Source: Treponema sp. (GTDB lineage: Bacteria > Spirochaetota > Spirochaetia > Treponematales > Treponemataceae). From it: a stretch of DNA of 64,000 bases. The DNA lies in the NCBI GenBank assembly GCA_034088785.1, contig JAXDVS010000128.1, positions 49,709 to 113,708 on the forward strand. Reading direction: 5' to 3'. Under the pieces are notes generated by a model. That model saw nothing but the letters and a program-made list of their open reading frames with translations, was not told the DNA's origin and made no database searches. The stretch's first letter is position 1, and each line of letters opens with the position of its first letter. Positions 29,077 through 38,691 of this stretch are shown one piece after another. A program made the translations under genes and the position numbers.

Positions 29077-29952
29077 TCAAAAATAAACAATCTTATAGTC
29101 TGAAATTTTCTTGAATCCGCATGACTTGTAGAGCGAGAGCGCGGCGAGATTCGACTTTTTCACAAAAAGCACGATTTTCTTTCCGTTTTCAGCATATTTC
29201 TTGCAGAACTTCAAAAGAAGAGCTTTCGCAAAGCCCTGCTTTCTAAAATCAAGAGCTGTAAAAACGCCGCCCACTTGAACACAGTTTTTTCCGCGCGCGT
29301 TCACCGAAAGCTTCGAGACGATTTTTCCGTCTTTTTTAAGCGCGAAAACGCGTTTTCTTTCAAGATTCTTTTTAAGAACTAGCCTTGAAGCCGCCTCGTT
29401 GAAATCTTTTTCAGAAAAAACAACTTCCTCAAGCTCATAGGATTTTTGAAGAGGAAAAATCTCATCAAGCTCGTTTACATAGCAACATTCAGCAAGCAGA
29501 TTCTCGTAATTTTCCGCAGACTTTCTGATTTCCGCCGCTTTTTCAGCGGATTTCCCGTCAAAAATCATAAGGTCAAAATCGACTTCGTGCCTTCTTTTTC
29601 TGCAAAGATGATTTTCCGCGATTTTTGAAATCAGAGAGCAAAATCCGCCTGTTCCCATAACACTGAAAATTTTCGGAAAATAACCGTCAACCGCCCTTCC
29701 AAGTGCGAGCCTGAAAAGAGTTTTCTCATCTTCGTCTAAATTGCCGCGGGCAAAAAAAAGCAGCTGGCCGCCCGAGGAATATGAGAAAACAGCCGCGATT
29801 TTTCCGCCGTCATCTTTCAGGAGAAAAATCTTCGAGTTTTTTTGAAGAAATCTTGCGGTCAATGAAACACAGTAAATTTCGTTCTGAACAAGAAAATATT
29901 CGGCTTCATCACGCGATTTTTTGTCGCCGTCTTCCAAAAGTGAAAAAATCAT
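29077..29952 (-). CDS. GNAT family N-acetyltransferase
   Basis: C-terminal GNAT motif VFTALDFRKQGFAKALL and N..A.SLYKSCGF. Start placed at ATG 29952. Confidence 0.85.
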   Translation of the reverse strand: MIFSLLEDGDKKSRDEAEYFLVQNEIYCVSLTARFLQKNSKIFLLKDDGGKIAAVFSYSSGGQLLFFARGNLDEDEKTLFRLALGRAVDGYFPKIFSVMGTGGFCSLISKIAENHLCRKRRHEVDFDLMIFDGKSAEKAAEIRKSAENYENLLAECCYVNELDEIFPLQKSYELEEVVFSEKDFNEAASRLVLKKNLERKRVFALKKDGKIVSKLSVNARGKNCVQVGGVFTALDFRKQGFAKALLLKFCKKYAENGKKIVLFVKKSNLAALSLYKSCGFKKISDYKIVYF

Positions 29953-30082
29953 CCGCAAAATTATATTGAAAATCAAGCTCCGTTTGAACAAACAGGATTT
30001 TTTTTGTATCTTTTTAGAGATAGCAAAAAAAGAAGCCAGTTTTAACGCTCTTTTTCTTCCAATTTTTTCACAAGGAGTTTTT

Positions 30083-30619
30083 ATGAAAATCGAAGACAAG
30101 AAAATGGTCAAAATCCATTACACGCTCAAAGACAAGGACGGAAACCAGATTGACTCTTCACTTGGCGGAGAGCCGCTTGAATATATGCAGGGAGTCGGAA
30201 GCCTGATTCCGGGACTTGAAGTGCAGCTTGCAGGACACGAGCCGGGAGACAAATTCCACGCGGAAGTTGAGCCTGCGCTTGGCTACGGAGAATACAGCGA
30301 CGCGCTTGTTGCGGAAGTTCCGAGAAGCCAGTTTGACGCCGATTTTGAGATTGAAGTGGGACAAAGCTTTCAGGCTAACACGCCGACAGGACCTACAATC
30401 GTGCGCGTAACAAAAGTTTCTGACGACAAAATCACAGTTGACGGAAACCACGAGCTTGCAGGCAAAAAACTTTTCTTTGATGTTGAGATTGTCGATGTGC
30501 GCGAGCCGACAGAAGCCGAGCTTGAGCCGTACAATTCAGGCTGCGGCGGTTGTGGCGGAAGCTGCGGTGGCGGATGCGGCAGCGGCTGCTCTGGCTGCGG
30601 CGGAAGCTGCGAAGAGTAA
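30083..30619 (+). CDS. slyD: FKBP-type peptidyl-prolyl isomerase SlyD with Cys/Gly-rich tail
   Basis: Motifs VKIHYTLKD, PLEYMQG..SLIPGLE, GYGEY and VDGNHELAGKKLFFDVEI. RBS AAGGAG precedes ATG 30083. Confidence 0.93.
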   Translation: MKIEDKKMVKIHYTLKDKDGNQIDSSLGGEPLEYMQGVGSLIPGLEVQLAGHEPGDKFHAEVEPALGYGEYSDALVAEVPRSQFDADFEIEVGQSFQANTPTGPTIVRVTKVSDDKITVDGNHELAGKKLFFDVEIVDVREPTEAELEPYNSGCGGCGGSCGGGCGSGCSGCGGSCEE

Positions 30620-30656
30620 AGCGAACAAAAAACACAATAAAGCGCGAGCGACAGCG

Positions 30657-30748
30657 AATGCATGCGGTTAAAACCGCGAGTTCAGCATGACAAAAAGCAC
30701 GTCATTCTGAACTCGAGCAGCTTGCTGCTCGTTTCGATTCAGAATCTA
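30657..30748. repeat. REP-like palindrome pair
   Basis: ...GCGGTTAAAACCGCGAGTTCAGCATGAC and GTCATTCTGAACTCGAGCAGCTTGCTGCTCGTTTCGATTCAGAATCT. Confidence 0.8.
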
Positions 30749-30770
30749 TAATTTTTTATACCTTTCCAAT

Positions 30771-30812
30771 AAAAAAGGCTGCCGAAGCAATTTCGCTAAG
30801 GCAGCCTTTTTT
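30771..30812. terminator. Bidirectional intrinsic terminator between slyD and the MCP gene
   Basis: AAAAAAGGCTGCC...GGCAGCCTTTTTT. Confidence 0.85.
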
Positions 30813-30849
30813 GTATTTGTTCAGAAATCTTCAATATAAAAAATCAGTC

Positions 30850-32940
30850 TCAGACTTTGAACTGGTCAATCTGACCACTGATTTTGTCGATTGAGCTTTT
30901 AACCTGTGAAGAAATCTCGTTCAGGACAGTTCCTGTCTCGTTGATTTTCTTCGCGCCCACAGACATTTCTTCCATGCTGTCTTTCATTACGCTTGTAGCG
31001 TCCTGAAGCCGCTTGACTTCCTCAAGAATCGCCTGGTTGCCCTGAGACATCTCAGTTGACGCGCCTTTAACTTCGGAAGAGTTGTCGTTCAAAGAAACAA
31101 TCGTGTCGCTTATCTGCTTAGAGCCTTCGTTCTGCTCAGAAAGCGCGCCCTTAATCTGGGTAACAAGCTGGACTGTGTCCTGAATTTTCTGCGAAACCAT
31201 CTTGAATGCGTTGCTTGACTCCTCAGAAGAAGAAACAACCTCGCTGATAGAATCCTTAATCTGGTTAAGCTGCTCGCCGATTGCCTTTGACTGCGTTGTT
31301 GAAGTCTCGGAAAGCTTTCTGATTTCGTCCGCGACAACAGAGAATCCTTTTCCTGCATCTCCAGCGTGCGCAGCCTCGATTGCGGCGTTCATTGCCAAGA
31401 GGTTTGTCTGCTCAGCGATTGAAGAAATTACAGAGTTCGCTTCCTGAAGCATTGCCGACTGAGCCTCGATTTTCTCAATCTGCTCGTTCACAACCTGCTG
31501 CTTTGAATATCCGGATTCGGAATGTTCCTGCAAGTCAGAGAATGACTTTGACATTCTGTCCATGATTCCGTTGATAGAAGAAATGTTTCCAATCATCTCC
31601 TCGATTGCGGCAGACGCCTGAGTGATTCCGCTTGTCTGGTTCTCAATCATTCTGTTGAGGGAATCGATGTTTGAAGCAATCTGGTTTACAGCTCCGGCAG
31701 TCTCCTCAACGCTCGCGCTCTGGTTCACAATCTGACCGCGAAGGCTTTCGATGTTCGCAAGAATCTGCGTGATTGAGCTTCCAGTGTCCTGCGCGCTAAG
31801 GGCAAGCGACTCTCCAAACTGAGAAAGCTCCTTTTCAGATGACTGCACATCACTGATGATTGCCTGAAGTTTTCCAGTAAAGCCGTTGAATCCTTTTACA
31901 ACAAGCCCGATTTCATTGTTTCCAGTGTAGTCAATCCGCTTTGTCAAGTCAGCGTTTCCAGAAGCAATCTCTGTGATTGCAGACTCAACTTTTCTAAGCG
32001 GCTGCAAAGTCTTTACCAGAACAATTCCGATAAACACAAGCAGGATTACAATAGTAAGCGCACCAGCAACAACCATCATTCTTATTGTGTTATGGACGGA
32101 CTCGTAAATTTCACTCTGAGGAATAGAGAAAGCAAGTCCCCAGCCAGAATTATCAACTCCGTCATATGCGATGACGTCCTTTCCGCCATCAAGACCTTTT
32201 ACCCAGCCCCAGCCTGTCTGACCTTTCACAATCTCCTTCGCAAGCTCTGCCATATCTTCATGGCCGTCCGCCGCAACATCGGTTATGAAATTCTTTGTCA
32301 TGTTGTACTCTTTTCTTGGATGCGAAATGACCATTCCGTCGCTTGCCAAAAGCCATGAGTATCCTGCTTCGCCAATTTTTATATCGTTTACCAAGCTTAC
32401 AATGCTCTCAACGCTTACAACGCCGCACATAAGCCCTACGGTCCTTCCCTTCTGAACAACCGCGCGAGACACGTGAACAACAGTCTGGCCAGTCGTTTTT
32501 GAAATTACAGGGTCGTCAATAAAAGTAGACTTTCCGCCGTTAAAAATCGCATTGAAATAAGAGCGGCCATAAATGTTTGTGGTTGAGCCAAGGTCTGTAT
32601 ATGCGGTTCCGTCTGGCAGAGCGTAAAGCATATAGTCAAAAACCGCATTTCTCTTGTGGGCTTCCTGATTGATAAAGTCAACAATCTCCTGAGAGCTGCC
32701 TTCCTTTACCTCGTCGGAATTCATATAGTAGTCCATCGCAAGGAAGTAGCCCTCGATTTTATTCTGAATCGCCTCTGTATAAGCGATTGCTATTCTTTTG
32801 TAGTTCTCGCAGTCATTTTCGACCTGAATTTTGCTGTCTGCTTTGCCAATCACAATTATCTGTATGACATTGAACAGCAAGACTGAAGCAGCGACTCCCA
32901 CCAGCAAAGTCGTTACAAGACTCTTCTTCTTCATTTTCAT
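30850..32940 (-). CDS. Methyl-accepting chemotaxis protein (dCache, HAMP, signalling domain)
   Basis: Two TM helices, periplasmic Cache ([14 protein letters not shown]) and hairpin tip [36 protein letters not shown]. Confidence 0.96.
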   Translation of the reverse strand: MKMKKKSLVTTLLVGVAASVLLFNVIQIIVIGKADSKIQVENDCENYKRIAIAYTEAIQNKIEGYFLAMDYYMNSDEVKEGSSQEIVDFINQEAHKRNAVFDYMLYALPDGTAYTDLGSTTNIYGRSYFNAIFNGGKSTFIDDPVISKTTGQTVVHVSRAVVQKGRTVGLMCGVVSVESIVSLVNDIKIGEAGYSWLLASDGMVISHPRKEYNMTKNFITDVAADGHEDMAELAKEIVKGQTGWGWVKGLDGGKDVIAYDGVDNSGWGLAFSIPQSEIYESVHNTIRMMVVAGALTIVILLVFIGIVLVKTLQPLRKVESAITEIASGNADLTKRIDYTGNNEIGLVVKGFNGFTGKLQAIISDVQSSEKELSQFGESLALSAQDTGSSITQILANIESLRGQIVNQSASVEETAGAVNQIASNIDSLNRMIENQTSGITQASAAIEEMIGNISSINGIMDRMSKSFSDLQEHSESGYSKQQVVNEQIEKIEAQSAMLQEANSVISSIAEQTNLLAMNAAIEAAHAGDAGKGFSVVADEIRKLSETSTTQSKAIGEQLNQIKDSISEVVSSSEESSNAFKMVSQKIQDTVQLVTQIKGALSEQNEGSKQISDTIVSLNDNSSEVKGASTEMSQGNQAILEEVKRLQDATSVMKDSMEEMSVGAKKINETGTVLNEISSQVKSSIDKISGQIDQFKV

Positions 32941-33113
32941 ATTTCGCCTTCTCTTAAAGAATTAAAAACAAATATGCGAATTATTATAGACCAAAATTTG
33001 TATTCCGTATACAAGAAACTTAAAAAAATCTTACGGAAAATAGCAGAAGGAAACAAAATAGACTGCAGGCGGAAAATCGCTTAAAACAAAAGTGAGCAAT
33101 TTCGGGCCAAAGA

Positions 33114-33245
33114 AAGTATACCTAAGAGCTGAAGCAAGTATACCTAAGGGGCGAAGTAAGTATTCCTCAGGCTCTTAGGAAGCATACCTTTGGGAGTTAG
33201 GAAGTATTCCTTCAGCCTGAAATAGGTGTGCCTCTTCAGAATTTT
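33114..33245. repeat. Six phased 22-bp units with conserved core AAGTATACCT
   Basis: Cores start at 33114, 33136, 33158, 33180, 33202 and 33224 (exact 22-bp period). The 12-bp remainder varies. Confidence 0.85.
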
Positions 33246-33428
33246 GCCTTTGCAGTGATAACAAGCCCGCCTAGAAAGATTGAGTTCGGAAAATGACTAT
33301 ATTTTTATTCTAAAACGGAAGAACGGCAATAAAGCCAATCTATCGGCAAAATAAAACAAAAAAAATGCACATATAAATGTTCTATATTTTGCCGATAAAG
33401 TGAGATATAATTTTGTTCACGACAGGTG

Positions 33429-33473
33429 TCAATTTTGCTTACCCAGTCTTTCGCACAATGGAAGCCGCTCTAA
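33429..33473 (-). pseudogene. Remnant of an hsdS 3' end
   Basis: Minus strand reads LERLPLCERLGKQN*. It resembles HsdS C-termini and the second remnant at 34302-34380. Confidence 0.45.
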
Positions 33474-33477
33474 TTTT

Positions 33478-33762
33478 TTATTTGTTTTCTCCATAATAGC
33501 CGTGCGTTGAATATTTAGACCACATTTCAAACATTGTTATGTAATTCAATTTGATATACTTTCTGATTTTGTTCATATCTGATTCAGAAACCGTTCCTTG
33601 ACGTGTAACTATAGTATCTCCATTTGGCTTTACAAACAGTTTTGCGGAGCCAGCTTCTGTAAGTTTTTTGTCGCTGGCGTGAACGTGCATACATTCAATT
33701 GTACAAGCCATTGTAAAATAGAGATAATAACCAGCGACTTTAAACGCTGTGTATTTTGGCAT
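33478..33762 (-). CDS. DUF4160 (DhiT-like) protein
   Basis: GYYLYFT....IECMHVH...AKLFV..NG pattern typical of DUF4160. Confidence 0.75.
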   Translation of the reverse strand: MPKYTAFKVAGYYLYFTMACTIECMHVHASDKKLTEAGSAKLFVKPNGDTIVTRQGTVSESDMNKIRKYIKLNYITMFEMWSKYSTHGYYGENK

Positions 33763-33763
33763 T

Positions 33764-33994
33764 TTATTCCTCTATGAATTCTTTATTTTTTAGGTAATAT
33801 GACTGCACTAATGCCAGTTTTGCATCGTCCATTGTTGTTTCAAGCAAGTCGCCTTCTTTTGTAAGAACTGCGGCTTCAGTTGGATTTTCCAAGTTTAAAA
33901 CACGGATTTGATTTTCTTCGTTTAATGAGAATGAATAGCCTGCAATAATAAACTTTGCCTCTTCTGCGATTTTTTCAATTTCATCTTGTGGCAT
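33764..33994 (-). CDS. Small hypothetical protein, middle gene of the DUF4160 cassette
   Basis: 76-aa acidic ORF; it overlaps the upstream gene and ends 1 nt before DUF4160. Confidence 0.7.
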   Translation of the reverse strand: MPQDEIEKIAEEAKFIIAGYSFSLNEENQIRVLNLENPTEAAVLTKEGDLLETTMDDAKLALVQSYYLKNKEFIEE

Positions 33995-34259
33995 AATCTA
34001 GCTTTACCTCTTTTATTGGATGTAAAAATTTTTCTGGCTTTATGTATAAGTTTTCGAGAATCGGAACCAAGTCAATATAATCTTCCATCGCTTCATCTGC
34101 ATGAGAATATTTTGCTGAAACTACAAGATAACCGTTATCCCAGTCCTTAACCTGCTCAATCCGTTCAAGGCTGTACGGTCCTTTGAAGCGGATTTTTGTA
34201 TTTCCGTATTTAAACTGAATCAAATCGCCTTTATTATTCAAATATGCCACATTTTCCAT
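33981..34259 (-). CDS. Small hypothetical protein, first gene of the DUF4160 cassette
   Basis: 92-aa ORF with RBS GGAG; it is translationally coupled to the next gene. Confidence 0.7.
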   Translation of the reverse strand: MENVAYLNNKGDLIQFKYGNTKIRFKGPYSLERIEQVKDWDNGYLVVSAKYSHADEAMEDYIDLVPILENLYIKPEKFLHPIKEVKLDYATR

Positions 34260-34301
34260 AATGGTCTCCGTAATATATAGTATAACACTTAACTGGAAAT
34301 T

Positions 34302-34380
34302 TTAGCTCAGTTTCTCGCACGGTGGAAGCAGCTGCTCGATTGCGGCGGCTATGCGATTTTGTTCCAAGTCTTGGCATTTT
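34302..34380 (-). pseudogene. Remnant of a type I RM hsdS 3' end
   Basis: Minus strand reads ...DLEQNRIAAAIEQLLPPCEKLS*, matching the conserved HsdS helical spacer (EQ.RI...IE.LLP.CE.L). Confidence 0.65.
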
Positions 34381-34413
34381 AACATCGAAAGATAAAGAAT
34401 TTGTATAATCAAT

Positions 34414-34446
34414 AAAAAAGGCTTCCTGACAAAATCAGGAAGCCTT
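34414..34446 (-). terminator. Terminator downstream of tRNA-fMet
   Basis: Minus strand AAGGCTTCCTGA-TTTTG-TCAGGAAGCC-TTTTTT. Confidence 0.8.
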
Positions 34447-34452
34447 GAAGTT

Positions 34453-34525
34453 TAGCGGGGGTAGGACTCGAACCTACGGCCTCCGGGTTATGAGCCCGAC
34501 GAGCTGCCAACTGCTCTACCCCGCG
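34453..34525 (-). tRNA. trnfM: Initiator tRNA-fMet (CAT)
   Basis: CGCGGGGTAGAGCAGTTGGCAGCTCGTCGGGCTCATAACCCGGAGGCCGTAGGTTCGAGTCCTACCCCCGCTA: C1 is unpaired, the anticodon stem has three G-C pairs, and the anticodon is CAT. Confidence 0.97.
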
Positions 34526-34616
34526 TCGTAATGTTCCAATAATATACGCTATATCTTTCAAACTGTCAAGAAAAAACGAGGAATTTACGGCAAATTTCCG
34601 CGTTTTTTAATAAGAG

Positions 34617-35303
34617 TTAATTTATTTCTTTTTGAGACTGTGATTTTGCAGAAAGATAGAAGATTCTGCACTCAACCGCGGCGAAAATTATCGAGACAAA
34701 CGCAAGATAGCGGAATCCAGACGAAAAGCCCGCGAAAAAATTGTAGATTCCGTGCAGCAAAACCGCGTAAGCGAAAGGCATTATGTTCTTCGACTTGAAA
34801 TGCCGGTAGCTCCAAAGATAAAGCGCGCTCAAAGCCGTGCAGAAAACGTGAATCGCCTGCGCGCTGAAAATTCGCCTTACAAGAAGATTCAAAATAATCT
34901 CGCGGCCGGAGCCGAGCGTTATCTCCTGAAATTTTCTGATGATATAGACAACCGACTCAAAACCGCCCACAAAAAGCGCGTAAATCACAGCGCAGCAGAA
35001 AAACGCGCCCAAAGTCTGCGTTTTCTGGGGAATTGCGCACATAAAAAGCATTTTCATTGTCTCCTCGATTAAGCCGTTGAAAATTATCGCCGTGACCATA
35101 ACAGCCGCAAAGCCGTCTCCGCTGAAAATCTGCAACTTTAATAGAAAGAACTGAATCAAAGACGTTGGAAAAACAGTCGCCAAGCCCAAGACGCAAGACA
35201 AAAGCCCGTATCTGACCTTGAAATTCGGGTTCAAGACCTTGCTCAAGACAAAAACCAAAACTGCGGGAATAAAGCTGATTCCCAAAATCGCGTACAAATT
35301 CAT
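34617..35303 (-). CDS. PrsW-family intramembrane metalloprotease
   Basis: Multi-TM protein with GLIEETMK, GGFES, AIH and LLHGIYN motifs. Confidence 0.8.
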   Translation of the reverse strand: MNLYAILGISFIPAVLVFVLSKVLNPNFKVRYGLLSCVLGLATVFPTSLIQFFLLKLQIFSGDGFAAVMVTAIIFNGLIEETMKMLFMCAIPQKTQTLGAFFCCAVIYALFVGGFESVVYIIRKFQEITLGSGREIILNLLVRRIFSAQAIHVFCTALSALYLWSYRHFKSKNIMPFAYAVLLHGIYNFFAGFSSGFRYLAFVSIIFAAVECRIFYLSAKSQSQKEIN

Positions 35304-35353
35304 CGGGGAAAAATCCTATCATTTTTTTTGAATTGAAACTATAATCTCATTCC

Positions 35354-35968
35354 GTGAGCGAAAACAAAAAATCGATAATTCTGCTCGGAATAAAACATTC
35401 CGGAAAATCAACCCAGGGAAAACTTGCCGCAAAGCATTTTGAATGTGATTTTTTTGACACCGACGACGAAATCACAAGGATGACAGGAAAAACTCCGCGC
35501 CAGATTTACACAGAAAGCGGACAGGAAGCATTTTTAAAGGCAGAGGAAGAAGCGTGCAGAACGCTTGCCGAAAGCGTGAAAAACACAAAAACCGCTGGAA
35601 ACGGAAAGCGCGTTGTAATCGCGACAGGCGGAGGAATCTGCAACAACAAAGCCGCGCTTGAAGAGCTTCATAAAATCGGAATTTTCGTCTTTCTTGACTC
35701 TGACGAGGAGACCGCGTGCAACAGGATTGTGCGCGAGATAAAATACGAGAAAGACGGCTCAATGTCAAATCTTCCGGCATACATCGCAAAAGAAAATCCG
35801 TCTGATATAAGCGATGTCAGAAAAATCTTCCACGGATTCTACACAGAACGGCAGAAAATCTACAAGTCAATCTGCGACATCTCGGTAAAGCTAGCCCACA
35901 GCGCGACAAAGCAGGAAAACTGCGGAAAAATAATTTCCGCGATTTCTGATTCTGAAAGCGGATTCTGA
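35354..35968 (+). CDS. aroK: Shikimate kinase
   Basis: Motifs GIKHSGKST, FFDTD, FLKAEE, ATGGGI and ERQKIY. Confidence 0.88.
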   Translation: MSENKKSIILLGIKHSGKSTQGKLAAKHFECDFFDTDDEITRMTGKTPRQIYTESGQEAFLKAEEEACRTLAESVKNTKTAGNGKRVVIATGGGICNNKAALEELHKIGIFVFLDSDEETACNRIVREIKYEKDGSMSNLPAYIAKENPSDISDVRKIFHGFYTERQKIYKSICDISVKLAHSATKQENCGKIISAISDSESGF

Positions 35969-36000
35969 AAAGGATTTTCCAGCAATAAACGGCTAAACAC

Positions 36001-36350
36001 ACGTCATTCCGAGCTTGACTCGGAATCTATATTTTAAATGCAGATGCTGAAACGAGTTCAGCATGACGGCGTTTCATATTCTCGTCATTCCGAATTTATT
36101 TCAGAATCCGTATTTTATATTCCCGTCATTCCGAACCTGTTTCGGAATCTACATTTTATATTCTCGTCATTCCGAGCTTGACTCGGAATCTACATTCTAA
36201 ACGCAGATGCTGAAACGAAGCGGAATTCAGCATGACGACCGAAAATTCCGCATGACGGCGTTTCATATTCCCGTCATTCCGAGCTTGACTCGGAATATGC
36301 TTGCAAGACACAACGCAGATGCTGAATCAAAGCGGAATTCAGCATGACAA
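36001..36350. repeat. Largest REP-like cluster (about 8 units, mixed orientation, internal duplication)
   Basis: GTCATTCCGAGCTTGACTCGGAAT occurs 3 times, AGATGCTGAA..TTCAGCATGAC occurs 3 times, and the GCATGACGGCGTTTCATATTC block is duplicated. Confidence 0.9.
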
Positions 36351-36365
36351 CCATTTTTCCAGCTG

Positions 36366-38105
36366 CTAGGATTCCATTTTTGTGAGCTTGCGCTGAAGCT
36401 CGAGCATTTCCTTGTGCAGATAATGGTCAACGGTGAACTTTTCAAGAACGCCCATCGGCTTGCCCTCGCTGTCAACAATATTTATCGCGTCCGTGTCGTA
36501 GTCGGTAAAAAGCTGGTAAGCGTCCGGCAATGAAGTTTCAGGCGTGCATTTCGCGTTTGGAGTCTCCATAACGTCCATCGCAAGCATATACTCGCCCATC
36601 TCGCCGATTGTCATCGCCTCTTTTAAATGCTCGAGAGTGATTGTTCCGACCAGCTTTCCATTGTTTTCACTTTCTGTGCTTCTGACCTCGTAGTTTGAAT
36701 TTTCATGGTGGCTGAAATCCGAGATTATCTTTCCAACGTAGTCAACATCGTTCACAATCATATAGGAATCAGCGCAGCAGATTTTTTCTCCGTCAACAAC
36801 AATATCGCTGACTTTCGCCTTTTTCATAATGTCGTCAAGCGTGATGTCAAGTCCGACCTCGCCCGCTTTTGTGACTCCGTGCTTTACGCAAATCGGGCCG
36901 AGAATCTGAACGATAAACGTTGTCGCGGTTATAATCAGCATAATCTGAGGGCCGACAGAATCAGGAAAATCGTTTCCGGCGGCGATTGAAAGTCCGATTG
37001 CGACTCCAGCCTGGCTCAAAAGGCAGAACGGAAGATATTTTCTGACAGTTTCAGGAGCTTTTGTGATTCTGGCTCCAAGGCGGCTTCCGATTGTCTTTCC
37101 GAGCGTGCGTCCGCCAACGTAAAGAAAGGCGACCAGCGCGATAAACGGAGTCAAAATCCAGATGTTGAGCTTCGCGCCGACTGTGACAAAGAAAAGAACG
37201 TAAACCGGCGGCGTGAATTTCTCGACGAGCTTGAACATCGGCTGGGTCTTAGGCGCGCCGAAATTCGTCATAAAAAATCCGATGAACATTGAGGCAAGAA
37301 TATTGTCCAGCCCGACAGCTCCGCAAACGCCGGTGCAGAGGAAAATCGCTCCGAGAGAGAAGCCAAGAACGCGTCCGTCGTTTCCCATGACGCCTTTCAA
37401 AATCTTGCTCAAGACAAATCCGAAAGCAAGACCGAGCGCGACCGAGCCGAAAATGTCATACGCGATTGAGCCGAGCTGCCGAACAAAAGAGACCGAATGT
37501 CCCTCCAAAAGTGGAGACGCGATTGTTGAGGCGACCGCGTACAAAATCAAAGCCACCGCGTCGTCCATCGCGACAATTCCAAGAACAGTTGTTGTTAAAG
37601 GGCCTTTTGTCCTGTATTCCTTTAGAACGTCTGTTGTGGCGGCAGGAGCCGTGGCAGCGCAAATTGCGCCGAGCAAAAGCCCGAAGCACACCGACTGCAC
37701 AACAGAATGTGTGAAAATAAAAGTCGCAAGCCCTGTCAGAATTGCGACAACAAAAAACGGCGTGATTGATTCTCCAATCAGAATTCCGACAAACTGCTTT
37801 CCATATTTCTTTATAACCTTGATTTTAAGCTCCGCTCCGACCAAAAATCCAATCAAAGAAAGTGAAGCGGTTGAAATCGGGTTCAGCGCGGCGATTGTGT
37901 CCTTTCCAAAAACGACAATTCCTGAAACTCCAAGAATAATTCCGACGACAATATATCCGACAACCTGCGGAATTTTAAGCTTCTGGAAAATTCTTCCTCC
38001 GAAAGAGCCGAAGAACATCATAATTCCCAAAAGAAGAATAAGCTGTGAGCCGTGCAGACTCATAACGTGCATAAAATTTGGGATAAACTGCGCAATTGGA
38101 TTCAT
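36366..38105 (-). CDS. Cation:proton antiporter (CPA2/KefB-like) with C-terminal CBS pair
   Basis: About 12 TM helices, motifs ATAPAAT, LGIVAMDDAV, GKTIG and QAGVAIG, and CBS-like C-terminal repeats. Confidence 0.9.
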   Translation of the reverse strand: MNPIAQFIPNFMHVMSLHGSQLILLLGIMMFFGSFGGRIFQKLKIPQVVGYIVVGIILGVSGIVVFGKDTIAALNPISTASLSLIGFLVGAELKIKVIKKYGKQFVGILIGESITPFFVVAILTGLATFIFTHSVVQSVCFGLLLGAICAATAPAATTDVLKEYRTKGPLTTTVLGIVAMDDAVALILYAVASTIASPLLEGHSVSFVRQLGSIAYDIFGSVALGLAFGFVLSKILKGVMGNDGRVLGFSLGAIFLCTGVCGAVGLDNILASMFIGFFMTNFGAPKTQPMFKLVEKFTPPVYVLFFVTVGAKLNIWILTPFIALVAFLYVGGRTLGKTIGSRLGARITKAPETVRKYLPFCLLSQAGVAIGLSIAAGNDFPDSVGPQIMLIITATTFIVQILGPICVKHGVTKAGEVGLDITLDDIMKKAKVSDIVVDGEKICCADSYMIVNDVDYVGKIISDFSHHENSNYEVRSTESENNGKLVGTITLEHLKEAMTIGEMGEYMLAMDVMETPNAKCTPETSLPDAYQLFTDYDTDAINIVDSEGKPMGVLEKFTVDHYLHKEMLELQRKLTKMES

Positions 38106-38214
38106 TTAAAACCTCGAAAAATATGAAGAAAACATTATAGCGAATTTGAAAAATCAAATATATACGGTTAGAATTAAGCTAATATTCAGACAGCCATTTT
38201 CAAAGGGAGATTTT

Positions 38215-38691
38215 ATGAACAAAAAAAGATTTCTTGCTCTCGCCGTTTTTACCGCTGCGCTAAGCGCGTTCTGCGCAGGCTTTTCAGTGGGAAAAACCGT
38301 CTATGTTTCTGTAAAGTCCGCGAACCTAAAAAGCGGAACTTCGTTCTTCTCAAAGAATGTCGAAAAATTGTCCTACGGAAACTCAGGAACTGTCGTGCAG
38401 TCAAACTCAAAGCAGACAAAAATCCGGCTTTCATCGGGCGCAACAGGCTGGGTCTCAAACGGAAGCCTTACTTCAAAGAAAATCGTCGCGTCATCAAGCG
38501 CGACCAGAGTCTCGTCATCAGAGCTTGCAAACGCCGGAAAAGGATTTTCAGCGGAGGCGGAAAACGCATTCAAGTCGTCAAACAAGAATCTTGACTACGC
38601 CGACGTTGACGCAATGGAAAAAATCACAGTCTCAGAGACAGAGCTTCAAAAATTCATCTCAGAAGGACACTTGAACGGAGGAGAAGAATGA
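38215..38691 (+). CDS. Exported SH3b-domain protein
   Basis: Signal peptide, SH3b-like VSVKSANLKSG...GWVS, and C-terminal ELANAGKGFS...DYADVDAME. The stop overlaps the next start (ATGA). Confidence 0.8.
   Translation: MNKKRFLALAVFTAALSAFCAGFSVGKTVYVSVKSANLKSGTSFFSKNVEKLSYGNSGTVVQSNSKQTKIRLSSGATGWVSNGSLTSKKIVASSSATRVSSSELANAGKGFSAEAENAFKSSNKNLDYADVDAMEKITVSETELQKFISEGHLNGGEE

Noticed and set aside
29953-30111. Long N-terminal extensions in the ORF track (GNAT, slyD, ECF, hisA, DTW, AAA ATPase, SH3)
   Set aside because: They overlap divergent promoters or genes. Downstream ATGs with an RBS match the family starts.
33400-34530. Intact integrative element or prophage at tRNA-fMet
   Set aside because: No integrase, no duplicated tRNA 3' end (att site) seen, and no phage genes. 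Only remnants remain.
36001-36350. Possible CRISPR array
   Set aside because: Units occur in both orientations, spacers are short, unequal and partly duplicated, the same palindrome is scattered across the window, and no cas genes are present. It is a REP cluster.
37213-38109. 298-aa plus-strand ORF (and similar ORFs at 45211-45816 and 50596-51033)
   Set aside because: These are antisense shadows of well-supported genes (antiporter, LysM protein, nifJ).
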